From contig JAHQWL010000001.1 of the NCBI GenBank assembly GCA_029856155.1, positions 1 to 64,000 of the forward strand: a DNA stretch of 64,000 nt, in the 5' to 3' direction. A program made the position numbers and the translations under genes. The DNA comes from Promethearchaeia archaeon. Its GTDB lineage: Archaea > Asgardarchaeota > Lokiarchaeia > Sigyniarchaeales > SOKP01. Each line of letters begins with the position of its first letter. The stretch's first letter is position 1. The notes under the pieces are model-generated. The model did not search any database. It was not told the DNA's origin and saw only the letters and a program-made list of their open reading frames with translations. Shown in pieces: positions 18,844-29,887 of this stretch.

Positions 18844-19854
18844 ATGTTGAAATCCAGATTTGATAATTTTATAGCCTTTATTCAAAATAAAAATATCAAA
18901 ATTCTAACTCATGATTTAGTAGATATTGATGCGTTAGCCTCTTGTTTAACTTTAAAATATTTTTTAACTCAGTACTTTAAAGAACAAGAGATATCAATAT
19001 ATTTTTCAGAATTTGCTAAACCAACGATAAATTATCTTAGAAATATCACCGAAAAGTTTCCCTCATTTGATTTTTCATACAGCAAAAAATTCAACGCTTC
19101 AACTTCTGATGTCGTTTTAATAGTAGATACAAATAATTTAAACCAAATTGAATTAAATAGTAATTTAGATCTCGTGAATTTAGGCATTCCTCTTATATTT
19201 ATAGATCATCATTATCTCGGGGAAAAACCAAAAAATAATACTCTAGAAATTTCACATTTAATATTTGAAAATTATTCTTCAACAGCAGAAATTATCTTAA
19301 AATTCTTCGAATTTTATAATATTCCGTTAACCATTCCTTTGAAAATACTTATTATTACAGCAATAATAACTGATTCGGGCTTTTTTAAACATGGAAACAA
19401 CAATACAATTCAAAATGTAAGTAACTTAATAGGTGAAGATATCGACATTCAAGACATTTTTTTATTATTGAAAAAAAATGAAACTGACATCTCAGAAAAA
19501 ATCGCGAAAATCAAAGGTATGCAGAGAGTTAAATTGATTCGAGAAGGGGATTTTTTAATTGGAATTACAAAAGTTAGCAGTTATGGGGCAAGTATTGCCA
19601 CAAAATTAATTAATTTAGGTTTTGATATTGCCATTGTTCTCTCAAAAGAAGAAAATCAATACAGAGTTAATACACGTGCTAAAAAAGTGGTATGTATAAA
19701 AACGGGATTACATTTAGGAAAAATTTTAGAAGAAATCTCAATAAAATACAAAGGGAGCGGTGGGGGACATGATGGTGCAGCATCCTTAACTATTAGCATA
19801 GAATCAGATACAATTACCACTCAAATTATTGAAAAAATTAAAAACTATTTATAA
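18844..19854 (+). CDS. DHH/DHHA1 phosphoesterase (NrnA-like)
   Basis: TH..DIDA, IVDT, IDHH, ITDSG, GGGHDGAA. Confidence 0.9.
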   Translation: MLKSRFDNFIAFIQNKNIKILTHDLVDIDALASCLTLKYFLTQYFKEQEISIYFSEFAKPTINYLRNITEKFPSFDFSYSKKFNASTSDVVLIVDTNNLNQIELNSNLDLVNLGIPLIFIDHHYLGEKPKNNTLEISHLIFENYSSTAEIILKFFEFYNIPLTIPLKILIITAIITDSGFFKHGNNNTIQNVSNLIGEDIDIQDIFLLLKKNETDISEKIAKIKGMQRVKLIREGDFLIGITKVSSYGASIATKLINLGFDIAIVLSKEENQYRVNTRAKKVVCIKTGLHLGKILEEISIKYKGSGGGHDGAASLTISIESDTITTQIIEKIKNYL

Positions 19855-19916
19855 TCTAAGTTTTAAATAATTATAAATTATAAGAGAATAAGATCGGTAT
19901 TGGATTAGTTCTTATC

Positions 19917-20756
19917 ATGGATTTAATACGATTTGAGAGTTTTTATTATCGATATAAAGGAAATGAAGAATATACTCTAAATAATATTAATTTAAAAATT
20001 GAAGGTAATAACTCTAAATTCATTTTGTTAGCAGGTGAAACTGGTTCTGGGAAAACTTCATTAATTAGATGCATGAATGGTTTAATCCCACAATTTTATG
20101 CTGGTTTTTATAGAGGAAAAGTAGAGATACAAGGAAAAAACACAATTGAAACATCAATAGCAGATTTATCTACTGAAGTAGGAATTGTTTTTCAAAATCC
20201 AGAAAATCAGTTAATATCTATGAATGTCGAACATGAAATTGCTTTTGGTTTAGAGAATTTAGGAGTTTCACCAAAAGAGATTTTGAGCCGAATAAAGCAA
20301 ACTGCTTCAATAACTGAAATTGAAGATATTTTAGATAAAGCACCTTTCGAATTGAGTGGTGGGGAACAACAACGAGTTGCTATAGCATCGATCCTGGTAT
20401 TGGAACCGAAAATTTTGATTTTAGATGAACCTACTGCTTTACTAGACCCTTATATGGCTAATAAAATAATTAATTTATTACAAGAGATAAGAAGAGATAA
20501 AAATATTACAATTTTAATTAGTGAACACCGTCTTGATCTAATTTTACCATTTACAGAACAAATAATTTTGATGAAGAAAGGCAGTATTGTTGAACATGAT
20601 TCTTGTGAAAAAGTCATAAATGGAGATAATTTTCAAAGATTAAGATTAAATAAACCCGTAATTTTCTCAATTTTTAATCAGCTCAAAAAAGAAGATGTAT
20701 ATAATAAAAATATCCCTATTTCCATTTCAGAAGCCATAAAAACTTTAAGATCCTAA
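19917..20756 (+). CDS. ecfA1: ECF transporter ATPase (EcfA1)
   Basis: GETGSGKT, FQNPENQ, LSGGEQQR, LDEPT. Confidence 0.9.
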   Translation: MDLIRFESFYYRYKGNEEYTLNNINLKIEGNNSKFILLAGETGSGKTSLIRCMNGLIPQFYAGFYRGKVEIQGKNTIETSIADLSTEVGIVFQNPENQLISMNVEHEIAFGLENLGVSPKEILSRIKQTASITEIEDILDKAPFELSGGEQQRVAIASILVLEPKILILDEPTALLDPYMANKIINLLQEIRRDKNITILISEHRLDLILPFTEQIILMKKGSIVEHDSCEKVINGDNFQRLRLNKPVIFSIFNQLKKEDVYNKNIPISISEAIKTLRS

Positions 20757-20768
20757 TTACTAAATTTA

Positions 20769-21635
20769 TTGATGATAAAAATGATTAGAGAGATACCTTT
20801 GATTATGATGAAAGAAATTGGATACACCTATCCAAATGGAGCTAGGGCTTTAAAAAATATAAATTTAAATATTTTTTCAGGGGAATTAATTGGAATCATG
20901 GGAAAAAATGGAGCGGGTAAAACTAGTCTTATTCGAACCTTAAATGGCTTAATTCGACCAACTTATGGTAATATATATATTAAAAATGAAAATATTAATT
21001 CTAAAAGTATTGCAAGTTTATCTAAGATTGTAGGAATTATTTTTCAAAACCCCTTCCATCAACTTTTTGCTAATTCTGTTGAAGAAGAAATTAACTTTTC
21101 TTTGAGAAGTTTAAATCTAAGTAAAGAAGAAGTCCAAAAAAGAACTGGGCAAATATTAAGTGAATTTGATCTTGAGAAGTATAGAAAGCGCTCTCCCCTC
21201 AATTTATCTGGAGGAGAATCTAAAAAGCTTGCAGCTGCTTCAATTATTTGTAGAGATCCTGAAATTCTAGCCTTCGATGAACCAACCTTAGGTCAAGATG
21301 CGAAAGAAATTGAATATTTTATTAACCTAATTAATAATGAAAGGAAAAAAAGAAAGACAATAATTATAATTACTCATAATATTGAATTTGCTTATGAATA
21401 CATACCTAGGACGATACTAATGACTGATGGACATATTATTGCTGATGGACCAACAAAAGAAGTATTGAATAATGAGTTTTTAATAGAAAAAACATCCTTA
21501 ATTTTACCACAAATTTGCCAATTTTCTTTAGCATTAAAACAGTTAGGTCTGCAAGAAATAAACAAAATATCTTCAAAGAATGATATGATAAATTATTTAA
21601 GGAATTTTCTAAAAAATAAATCTTCAAAAACATAG
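20769..21635 (+). CDS. ecfA2: ECF transporter ATPase (EcfA2)
   Basis: GKNGAGKT, FQNP, LSGGE, DEPTLGQD. Confidence 0.9.
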   Translation: MMIKMIREIPLIMMKEIGYTYPNGARALKNINLNIFSGELIGIMGKNGAGKTSLIRTLNGLIRPTYGNIYIKNENINSKSIASLSKIVGIIFQNPFHQLFANSVEEEINFSLRSLNLSKEEVQKRTGQILSEFDLEKYRKRSPLNLSGGESKKLAAASIICRDPEILAFDEPTLGQDAKEIEYFINLINNERKKRKTIIIITHNIEFAYEYIPRTILMTDGHIIADGPTKEVLNNEFLIEKTSLILPQICQFSLALKQLGLQEINKISSKNDMINYLRNFLKNKSSKT

Positions 21636-21650
21636 GAGGAATACTAATAC

Positions 21651-22418
21651 ATGTCTTTAGAATTTCTAAATGCTTTTAAATTTATGAAAAAACAATCTTT
21701 TTTACATAATTTGGATCCACGTGCAAAACTAATATTCTCGATTATATATACGATAAGTGCTTTATTATTTACTCAAATTATACCTTTAATCTTCATTTTT
21801 TTGAGTTTAATTCCTTTAATTCTTCTAGGAAAAATATTTAGACAATGGGTTAAAAGCATTCGTGGTCTATCATTCTTGATTCTCTTCATAGTAATTCTAA
21901 ATACATTGTTCATTTCCTTGTCATTCGCACTAGCTATGATATTAAGAATTTCTATTATGGTGTCTGCTTTTTCAATCTTTTTTTTAACTGTTGATCCAAA
22001 TGATTTAGCACTATCTTTGATTTCAATGAAATTACCATATGAATTTGCATTCTCATTCTCATTAGCTTTTAGATTCGTTCCAACTATTGCAATTGAAGCA
22101 CAAAACATATTAGATGCTCAACAAAGTAGAGGATATGAAATGCAAAAAAAAGGACTTATTAATCAAATAAAAAATCTTTTTCCCCTCTTAGTTCCTTTAA
22201 TAATTAGTTCAATCAAAAGAGCCTTTAATGTTGCAGAAGCTCTTGAATCACGAGCTTTTGGTAGCAGAAAAGAGCGTACGTATTATTACAGTATAAAATA
22301 TTCTTTTAAAGATTATGTATTTACTCTTTATTTATTAGTGTTTTTAGCATTTGTAATTTTTATTAGAGTTCAATTTAATTCGATGCCTGATTTTCTAATG
22401 TGGAGTTTACCGGTTTGA
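21651..22418 (+). CDS. ecfT: ECF transporter transmembrane component T
   Basis: LDPRAKL, FRFVPT, AQQSRG, EALESRAF. Confidence 0.9.
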   Translation: MSLEFLNAFKFMKKQSFLHNLDPRAKLIFSIIYTISALLFTQIIPLIFIFLSLIPLILLGKIFRQWVKSIRGLSFLILFIVILNTLFISLSFALAMILRISIMVSAFSIFFLTVDPNDLALSLISMKLPYEFAFSFSLAFRFVPTIAIEAQNILDAQQSRGYEMQKKGLINQIKNLFPLLVPLIISSIKRAFNVAEALESRAFGSRKERTYYYSIKYSFKDYVFTLYLLVFLAFVIFIRVQFNSMPDFLMWSLPV

Positions 22419-23101
22419 TCATAAAAGAATTTAATATTAAAGATTTAAATTTGCACTTTTTTGTTGGGATTAATCAAATTAAAATAAATTTAGACGAGTT
22501 TTTAGATTTTAATAAAATTAATGATGAAGAAAATGCTTTGAATCAATTTTTTAAAATGGTTGCAGAACTCCAAGATAAAAATGAAAATTCTATGCTACAA
22601 TTTGTTAAGAATGAGTATATCTTGAACTATAATCATATATTTATGGCATGCTACAATTTGCAGAAAGCATTTCAACAAAATATTAATATTTCAAGCAAAA
22701 AAAAGATCGAGTTGTTATTATATTTAGCAACTAATAGGCAAATTAGCAAGAGTATTGAAGCTTTTGGAATTGATTATTCTGATTTAAATAAAGAGATTTG
22801 TACTTTTTGCATTATCTCTCCGATTGACAATTTAAATAGTATTAACGGCGAGTTGCTACAAATCCTCAATGCAGTTGAGACTTTAATAACTCTAAATAAT
22901 CAAACACTAAATAAATTTAATAAAATAAAAGAATTTTTTAAAATATCTGAAGACCAAATTAAAATAATCTTAAATTCTTATGGGATAGAAAATAACAAAA
23001 CAGAAATTAATTTAAATTCTAAATATTCTGCGTTAAATGACTTAATTTGTGAAAAAATGGCTTTATTGAGTTTGGAACAAGTTAAATTCAAGAAAGACTA
23101 A
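22400..23101 (+). CDS. cgi121: KEOPS complex subunit Cgi121
   Basis: IELLLYLATNRQISKSIEAFGI and C-terminal EKMALL; exact start uncertain. Confidence 0.78.
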   Translation: MEFTGLIIKEFNIKDLNLHFFVGINQIKINLDEFLDFNKINDEENALNQFFKMVAELQDKNENSMLQFVKNEYILNYNHIFMACYNLQKAFQQNINISSKKKIELLLYLATNRQISKSIEAFGIDYSDLNKEICTFCIISPIDNLNSINGELLQILNAVETLITLNNQTLNKFNKIKEFFKISEDQIKIILNSYGIENNKTEINLNSKYSALNDLICEKMALLSLEQVKFKKD

Positions 23102-23622
23102 TTTTTTTCATTTTTAACCTTAATTATCTCACTTTCTTTCAAAAAAGATATTCCCGTAATATTTCCTAAAATTTCAACCCTAATTATTTTATCTGGATTT
23201 TCAAGATCGACTTTGTAATCAATAACACTAGCTATAGCTTCAATAAAATGATCCCTTTCAATTTTTTTATGATGTCTTCGTTTTAATATTATTTTAAAAG
23301 ACTCACCTTCATTAAGAAAATCTTTATGATGTTCTTGTATAAGGTGTTTAATTGTTTTTGTATCTGTTTCGCAAGTAAAATCAATTGGTACAATTTTTAG
23401 AATAAATTGGAAACAATTAGGATTTTTTTTCTGTAATTTTTTTATTTTAGAAAGAACGTGTTTTGAATTCAAATTGGTTAAAGCAGTAATTAATCCAGGA
23501 AACTGAATTCCTGAAATGATTGGGTAAGTATCACCACACATTAATAAAATAAACCATAATTCCGATTTTGCATTTGTTTCATTGTATCGAGAAGTTGAGA
23601 CTAATAGATTGAAATTTTTCAT
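23098..23622 (-). CDS. THUMP domain protein
   Basis: FNLLVS, KIVPID, SFKIILKRR, KVDLENPDKIIRVEILG. Confidence 0.85.
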   Translation of the reverse strand: MKNFNLLVSTSRYNETNAKSELWFILLMCGDTYPIISGIQFPGLITALTNLNSKHVLSKIKKLQKKNPNCFQFILKIVPIDFTCETDTKTIKHLIQEHHKDFLNEGESFKIILKRRHHKKIERDHFIEAIASVIDYKVDLENPDKIIRVEILGNITGISFLKESEIIKVKNEKN

Positions 23623-23636
23623 TTATATCACTTCTT

Positions 23637-24296
23637 TCATTCTGATAAATACTCTGCTACCTCTTCCTCAGAAATCTCCCCAATTCGTAAAAACTTTATC
23701 TTTTGAGTGGTGCAATCAACGATAGTAGTAGGGAGTTTCGATTTTGACTTACCTCCATCAATAATAAAGTCTATAGGACTTAATATTTTTTTTGTTACTT
23801 CTTCTCCACTAATTGAGGGAGGTTCTCCAGAATAATTAGCAGAAGTCCCTATAATTCCACCGAAATGCCCTTCTGCTTTTAATAGATGTAGAATACTTAA
23901 AATTATTTCATTTTCGGGGACTCGTAAGCCTATTGTATTTTGAAAGGCAGTAACTTCTGGAGGAATAATACAAGGCTCTTTTTTTTTAAGTATCATTGTT
24001 AATTGACCTGGCCAATATTTGATTGCGAGTTTTCTTGCGATGTCATTGAATTCAGCAATTCTAGTAGCCTCTTCATAATCTGAAACTAATAATAATAATC
24101 CTTTTGATCTATCTCGAAATTTAATATCATAAATTCTATTTATAACATCTAAATTTTGAGGGTCTCCTCCAATTCCATAAACAGAATCGGTAGGAAAAGC
24201 AATAATTTTGCCTTCAATTATATTCTCGACTGTTATTTTTAGATAAAACTCAATCTCCTTTAATTCCTTCCCAGCTAGTTTTATTAAAAATCCCAT
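23637..24296 (-). CDS. tsaC: L-threonylcarbamoyladenylate synthase (YrdC/TsaC-type, no SUA5 C-terminal domain)
   Basis: FPTDSVYG, KFR, WPGQLT, GLRVP, TSANYSG, PTTIVD. Confidence 0.88.
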   Translation of the reverse strand: MGFLIKLAGKELKEIEFYLKITVENIIEGKIIAFPTDSVYGIGGDPQNLDVINRIYDIKFRDRSKGLLLLVSDYEEATRIAEFNDIARKLAIKYWPGQLTMILKKKEPCIIPPEVTAFQNTIGLRVPENEIILSILHLLKAEGHFGGIIGTSANYSGEPPSISGEEVTKKILSPIDFIIDGGKSKSKLPTTIVDCTTQKIKFLRIGEISEEEVAEYLSE

Positions 24297-24356
24297 GTGA
24301 GCCCTTTAAAAATTTAAAACTTATACTAACAATTCAGATAATATAAAATATAAAGA

Positions 24357-25298
24357 TTATTTTGGATATTGTTCTTGACAACTTAAATCCGCTTCTAGCC
24401 GTTTCCAAGTGTGATCTAAATATTCTTGGAGTTCGATTAAATCCTTTTCTGATATATTGGCAAATCTTTTTTGTTTTGAAAGATAATCCATAAGTGATGT
24501 TCTCTTAGACGGATCTAATAGTGGTTTACTTGCTTTTGATAACGTCATGATTCCATTTTCTACTTCATAAAGAATCCATGAACCAGTTTTTACTGCTAAT
24601 CTAGCGATTTCTATGGTATCTTCTGAATTAAATCCCCATCCTGTACAACAAGGAGCCATAATATGGATATATCTACATCCTTTAATCGATTTAGCTTTTT
24701 TAAATTTATCATATAAATCAAGTGGTTCACTAATAGAACAAGTAGCTACATAAGGCATATCATGAGCGGCCATAATTGCGGGAAGATTCTTTTTAAATCG
24801 ATCCTTTCCTTTTGTTGTTGTGGTTGTCCATGCACCATGTGGTGTACTTGAAGATCTTTGAATTCCTGTGTTCATATATGCTTCATTATCGTAGCATACA
24901 TAAATCTGATCAGAATTTCTTTCTGCCGCTCCACTTAAACCTTGAATTCCAATATCAGCAGTACCACCATCTCCAGCAAAGGTAATTGTGGTCATCTCAT
25001 CCCAAACTTTACCGGGAAATCTATATGCTTTCGCTTTAAAAGCGGCAGACATACCCGTTGCAGCAGCTGCACCTGCTGCAAAAGCCATATTAATAAATGG
25101 AAAATTTGGCGCAGTTTTAGGCCACAATCCTACTACAACATTTAAACAGGAAGCGGGCGTTACAAGAGCTGTATTAGGTCCTAACGCTTTTATTGCCCAT
25201 CTAATGGCGATTTCTAAACCACATCCCGCACAACAAGAATTTCCCGGAAGGAAATATTCTTCTTGGCAAGATTGTAAAGCTTCTTTTAATTTAACCAT
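24357..25298 (-). CDS. porB: 2-oxoacid (pyruvate):ferredoxin oxidoreductase beta subunit
   Basis: CAGCG, GDGGTADIG (TPP motif), YDNEAYMNTGIQRSSSTP; probable start MVKLKE. Confidence 0.92.
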   Translation of the reverse strand: MVKLKEALQSCQEEYFLPGNSCCAGCGLEIAIRWAIKALGPNTALVTPASCLNVVVGLWPKTAPNFPFINMAFAAGAAAATGMSAAFKAKAYRFPGKVWDEMTTITFAGDGGTADIGIQGLSGAAERNSDQIYVCYDNEAYMNTGIQRSSSTPHGAWTTTTTKGKDRFKKNLPAIMAAHDMPYVATCSISEPLDLYDKFKKAKSIKGCRYIHIMAPCCTGWGFNSEDTIEIARLAVKTGSWILYEVENGIMTLSKASKPLLDPSKRTSLMDYLSKQKRFANISEKDLIELQEYLDHTWKRLEADLSCQEQYPK

Positions 25299-25302
25299 TC
25301 CT

Positions 25303-26559
25303 TTATTCAACCTCCAATAAACCATCCCAGAGAGTTCCATGAATCATATCTTTCGGAAATTCTCCAGTTTCATTATATTTAACTAACTTTATTAATTGGT
25401 TTTTCTGTTGTTCAAGTGAAACTTCTCTTCCTCCCAATCCATTAATTATTGGCAATATCTTTGCAGTTCCTTTAGTTTCATGTAGAGCAGCTTTCACTTC
25501 ACAACTTATAGGACCTCCAGTTTGACATCCAAATGCTGTAGCTCTATCTATCACTCCAAAAACTTTCACCTTTTTTGCAACTTCAATAATATCTTCCGTT
25601 GGAAAAGGTCTAAAATGACGAAGCTTTACCATCCCAACTTTATATCCTTCATCTCTCAAATCATCTACAGCTTGTTCCATTTGTAAAGCTAGATCTCCAT
25701 ATATAATTACTCCAACATCTGCATTATCCATTTTATATTCTTGAATTAATCCATTACCATAATTTCTCCCAAAAATTTTCTCAAATTCTTTAGCAACGTT
25801 TTTAATTTTCTCTTTTGCTCTTATATTTGCATCATGAATTTTTAGTCTAAATTCGTAATAAAAACTGGAGGGCATGATAAGATTGCCAAACATCATTGGT
25901 CTTTTTGGATCAATCCAGATATGTGGCCAACCTTCCTCACTTGGTAATGGTGGTAAAAATTTATCCACAAGATCTTGGTCTTCTAAAATAACTGGTTTTG
26001 ATGTATGTGACAGAATAAACCCTCCATAAGATACAAACTTAGGTAAAAGAATATCTTGATCTTCACAAACCTTATATGACATTAAAATTTCATCATAAAT
26101 TTCTTGATGTTCTGCGCAGAAACAACTCATCCACCCTGTATCTCGTTGGCTTATCACATCAGTGAAATCTGCCCATATGTTCCAAGGAGGAGCAGGTCCT
26201 CGAGATGCTATAGCGACAACGATGGGAAGTCTAGCTCCCGCAGCCCAATGAATCATTTCATGGGCATAAAATATCCCTTGACCTGATGTAGCTGTAAACG
26301 TTCTAGTTCCTGCTGTACTAGCACCAATAACAGCGGCAAAAACACTGTGTTCTGACTCCATTTTTATATATTCAGTTCCTGGCATTAGCCCATTATCTAC
26401 AAATTCAGATAATTTTTCAACTACTGTAGTTTGCGGAGTTATAGGATAGGCGCTAATTACCTGAACTCGTGCTGATTTTGCTGCATACGCAGCTGCTACA
26501 TTTCCTTTTATAATGATAGATTCTCTCTTTTGGACAAAATCTTTCTGAGCTTCAGTCAT
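25303..26559 (-). CDS. porA: 2-oxoacid:ferredoxin oxidoreductase alpha subunit
   Basis: [30 protein letters not shown]. Confidence 0.94.
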   Translation of the reverse strand: MTEAQKDFVQKRESIIIKGNVAAAYAAKSARVQVISAYPITPQTTVVEKLSEFVDNGLMPGTEYIKMESEHSVFAAVIGASTAGTRTFTATSGQGIFYAHEMIHWAAGARLPIVVAIASRGPAPPWNIWADFTDVISQRDTGWMSCFCAEHQEIYDEILMSYKVCEDQDILLPKFVSYGGFILSHTSKPVILEDQDLVDKFLPPLPSEEGWPHIWIDPKRPMMFGNLIMPSSFYYEFRLKIHDANIRAKEKIKNVAKEFEKIFGRNYGNGLIQEYKMDNADVGVIIYGDLALQMEQAVDDLRDEGYKVGMVKLRHFRPFPTEDIIEVAKKVKVFGVIDRATAFGCQTGGPISCEVKAALHETKGTAKILPIINGLGGREVSLEQQKNQLIKLVKYNETGEFPKDMIHGTLWDGLLEVE

Positions 26560-26902
26560 CTTTTATATCACTCTCTCTGATCATTTCTATATTTTTTGTT
26601 GGGCATTCTTTAGCACATATACCACAACCTTTACAGTAACGCAAGTCAATTTCAAATGTACCATCTTCTTTCCTTTTAATTACACCCTCTGGACAATACA
26701 TCCAGCATATTCCGCATTTATTACAACCTTCTTTAATAATTGGTCTAAAAGTTCTCCAATCACCAGTCGTTCCTATATTTCCATCAATGGGTAATGAAAT
26801 TGGAATTGGGGATAATTCCTTCCAATTCTTATATTCTTGAACCTTAGGACGTTCTTTTACTGATTTATTAATTTTCTTCCATTTTTCAGATTCTGACATC
26901 AT
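26552..26902 (-). CDS. porD: 2-oxoacid:ferredoxin oxidoreductase delta subunit (2x[4Fe-4S])
   Basis: [33 protein letters not shown]. Confidence 0.94.
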   Translation of the reverse strand: MMSESEKWKKINKSVKERPKVQEYKNWKELSPIPISLPIDGNIGTTGDWRTFRPIIKEGCNKCGICWMYCPEGVIKRKEDGTFEIDLRYCKGCGICAKECPTKNIEMIRESDIKDD

Positions 26903-27489
26903 TATATCTCTCTTACTGATTCGTAAGCGTCATTTGCAACACTCATATTTTTTTCTAATCTACTTTCTCCAAATTCTTTTTTAATTACTTTTTCCATCGT
27001 TTCAAGGTTATAATAACCAGTAATCTTTCCAAAAGCCCCTAACATAGGAATATTCAGAATTGGTCCACTAGCATGCATAAAATTTCTCTTGATGCAAATT
27101 CCTGTGGCATCCACAATAAAGATCTTTATGTTATTAGGGAGATCACTTTTATTTATAGGATCTGGACTATTAATTATTAGATTTACACCTTCCTTTATAG
27201 AGGCTTTTATCTTTGGTATGTCTAATAATGAGGTATCAAACATAAATATATAATCTGGATTTACTACACTGTCATATGTTTTAATTTGCATACTCTTAGA
27301 AACTTTTGTGAATGCCTGTATTGGAGCACCCCTTCTTTCAGCACCTATTATTGGGATCGCGATTGTATCTTTAAAACCTTCTTCAAATGCCATTTCGGCT
27401 AATAACTGACTTGCAGTGATACAAGTTTGACCACCTCTACAATGCATTGATATTTCTACAATCTTTTTATTGCTTGACAATTCATTCAA
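26902..27489 (-). CDS. porG: 2-oxoacid:ferredoxin oxidoreductase gamma subunit
   Basis: [24 protein letters not shown]. Confidence 0.92.
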   Translation of the reverse strand: MNELSSNKKIVEISMHCRGGQTCITASQLLAEMAFEEGFKDTIAIPIIGAERRGAPIQAFTKVSKSMQIKTYDSVVNPDYIFMFDTSLLDIPKIKASIKEGVNLIINSPDPINKSDLPNNIKIFIVDATGICIKRNFMHASGPILNIPMLGAFGKITGYYNLETMEKVIKKEFGESRLEKNMSVANDAYESVREI

Positions 27490-27720
27490 CTGACTTTTTT
27501 ATTTCTATTGAGTGCAATATGTCCAATAAAGGCACAATGAATAAAAGTTCTATTGATTTTCCTTATATAACTGCAATATGAAACAATAATATAGAATTTA
27601 TAATTATAATTGTTATAAATATTAATTTAATTTAAAAAAGGTGCCTTCGGACATCGATCTTACGAAATAATGTAAAAAATTCATCCAAATTTAAAAAAAT
27701 TGAATCTAGGAAATAATTAT

Positions 27721-28290
27721 ATGGATAATGAGAAAAGAAATAATGAGATTATATATTCCTTCAAATGTCCCTCATGTCAAGAAGGCACAATCGATATAGT
27801 TAAGAGCATTTATGATCTTCCTGATGGTGACAAAATGCTCATATTAAAATTTGAATGTAATACATGCAATTTTCATAAAAATGATGTTATCCCTCTAACT
27901 ACGAATATTGAACCTGGAATTATGACTTTACAAATTTTAGACGAAATTGACCTTAATTCTAAGATTTACCGTTCACCAACAGGTAAATTGGAGATTCCTG
28001 AACTAGAATTAATAGTAGAACCAGGTCCAAGAGCTGATTTCTATTATACTAACGTACAAGGGATCTTATTCAGATTTGAAAATGCAGTTTCAATTTATAG
28101 AAATAATCTTGAAGAAAACGATCCAGAAAGAAGCGAAATTGACGCAATTATGTGTAATTTAAGACAAGCTATAGATGGGAAATTTAAGTTTACTTTAAAA
28201 ATCACCGACCTACAAGGAGGAAGTTATATTCTTCCCCAAGATAAATCAAAATTCATTTTTGAAAAAATTGAGAAAAAAGATTTAGAATAA
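27721..28290 (+). CDS. ZPR1 zinc finger domain protein
   Basis: CPSC..CNTC, IPELELIVEPG, TNVQG, ITDLQGGSYI. Confidence 0.88.
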   Translation: MDNEKRNNEIIYSFKCPSCQEGTIDIVKSIYDLPDGDKMLILKFECNTCNFHKNDVIPLTTNIEPGIMTLQILDEIDLNSKIYRSPTGKLEIPELELIVEPGPRADFYYTNVQGILFRFENAVSIYRNNLEENDPERSEIDAIMCNLRQAIDGKFKFTLKITDLQGGSYILPQDKSKFIFEKIEKKDLE

Positions 28291-28367
28291 ATCTAAAATA
28301 CGAAATATTCATAAAAAATTATTATAATTATTTTATAAACCTCACAAAATCATAAGTGTGAAACAAA

Positions 28368-29522
28368 ATGGGAAATCAAATTAAAAAAGTTGGAATTCTA
28401 ACTGGAGGAGGAGATTGCCCTGGTTTAAATTCTGTAATCTATGGAATAATGCTAAAAGCATATGATGCGAGTATTGAGTGTGTGGGAATTCTTAAGGGGT
28501 GGAAAGGATTTTTAAAAAACCAAACAATTCCACTTGATATTGCAGAACACGATGATTTACATACTGTTGGTGGAACCATCCTGTATACAAGCAGGACTAA
28601 TCCATTTAGGGAAGTAAGTTCAAAAGAAGAAAGAGCGAAAGAATTAGCTAAAAAATTCGAGGAATTAGGAATTGATGCTTTAATAGCCATTGGGGGAGAC
28701 GATACTCTTGGAGTGGCCGATAATCTTTACAAACTTGCTAATGCAAAAGTAGTTGGCGTTCCAAAAACAATTGACAATGATTTAGCTGGAACTCATTATA
28801 CATTTGGCTTTTGGAGTGCTGTACAATTAGCTTCAAACACAATAGACAATTTAACTACTACAGCACATTCTCATCAAAGAGTATTTGTAGTCGAAATTAT
28901 GGGAAGAGATGCAGGTTTTTTAACAATGTATAGTGGGATTTCCGCAGGAGCAGATATAATTTTAATTCCAGAAACTCCTTTTGATTTAGAAAGAGATGTA
29001 ATAGAAGTTTTGAAAAAAAGAGTAAATGCTGGCTACAAGTATCATATACTTGTTACATCAGAGGGAGCATATCCAAGTTTAGAATCTCTAAATCAAGATT
29101 TTAAGACAATATCAAAGGAAAATATAGAAAAGCTTCCTAAAGATACATTTGGTAATCCATTACTTTCAACATTAAAAATATCTCAAATAATTGTTGATGA
29201 ATTAAATTTAAGAGATGATTTAAAAGAGGAATTTCAAAAAAATGATGTAGATTTTGAATGTCGCAGTGTTGTACTTGGACACACTATGCGTGCTGGAACT
29301 CCTAACTCTTTTGATAGAATCCTTGGTTTAAGATTTGGTTTAGCAGCAATGAAACTGGTTTTAGAAGGCACATTTGGAAATATGGTATCACTACAAGGAA
29401 ATAAAATTAAAACGGTTCCTTTATCAGAAGGAGTTAAAAAGAAATATATCACTCCTGAGAATGATAAAATGGAGCTTCGAGATTTACTCGTGAAGATTCG
29501 CTATTTATCAAAACAAAAATAA
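28368..29522 (+). CDS. pfp: 6-phosphofructokinase, PfkA family, PPi-type signature
   Basis: LTGGGDCPGLN, GGTILYTSR, GGDDT, PKTIDND, EIMGRDAG, LGHTMRAG. Confidence 0.88.
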   Translation: MGNQIKKVGILTGGGDCPGLNSVIYGIMLKAYDASIECVGILKGWKGFLKNQTIPLDIAEHDDLHTVGGTILYTSRTNPFREVSSKEERAKELAKKFEELGIDALIAIGGDDTLGVADNLYKLANAKVVGVPKTIDNDLAGTHYTFGFWSAVQLASNTIDNLTTTAHSHQRVFVVEIMGRDAGFLTMYSGISAGADIILIPETPFDLERDVIEVLKKRVNAGYKYHILVTSEGAYPSLESLNQDFKTISKENIEKLPKDTFGNPLLSTLKISQIIVDELNLRDDLKEEFQKNDVDFECRSVVLGHTMRAGTPNSFDRILGLRFGLAAMKLVLEGTFGNMVSLQGNKIKTVPLSEGVKKKYITPENDKMELRDLLVKIRYLSKQK

Positions 29523-29543
29523 ATATTTTTATGGACTTAATGT

Positions 29544-29804
29544 ATGAATGAAATTAGAGGAATTCTCTTTACTATAATAAAAGGAAAGGGGACACGATCG
29601 GAAGGACCTGAATATTTCATTAAACCATTAGATGATTATAAAAAAAGATGGTCGGAAATTCTCGTCAGGAAAAAAACTCACTTATGGGAAAAAGATCCTG
29701 AATTGCATAAATTTCTTGATAAAGAAGTCTTGATAATTGGAGAAATAATCGAGACAAAGCATACGATTACTGTTGACTATTCGAAAATTAAGGAACTAAA
29801 ATAG
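29544..29804 (+). CDS. hypothetical protein (86 aa)
   Basis: ORF directly downstream of pfk with normal composition. Confidence 0.6.
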   Translation: MNEIRGILFTIIKGKGTRSEGPEYFIKPLDDYKKRWSEILVRKKTHLWEKDPELHKFLDKEVLIIGEIIETKHTITVDYSKIKELK

Positions 29805-29887
29805 TTATTGAGTTATTTTCAGTCAATTAAATCTTATAATAAAGATTAAGATTTTTTTACTATTTTAGAAGATATTCTCGGTCTATC

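Noticed and set aside
27640-27657. cUUCGg tetraloop hairpin as a possible ncRNA
   Set aside because: The stem is short and mismatched, with no further structure around it.
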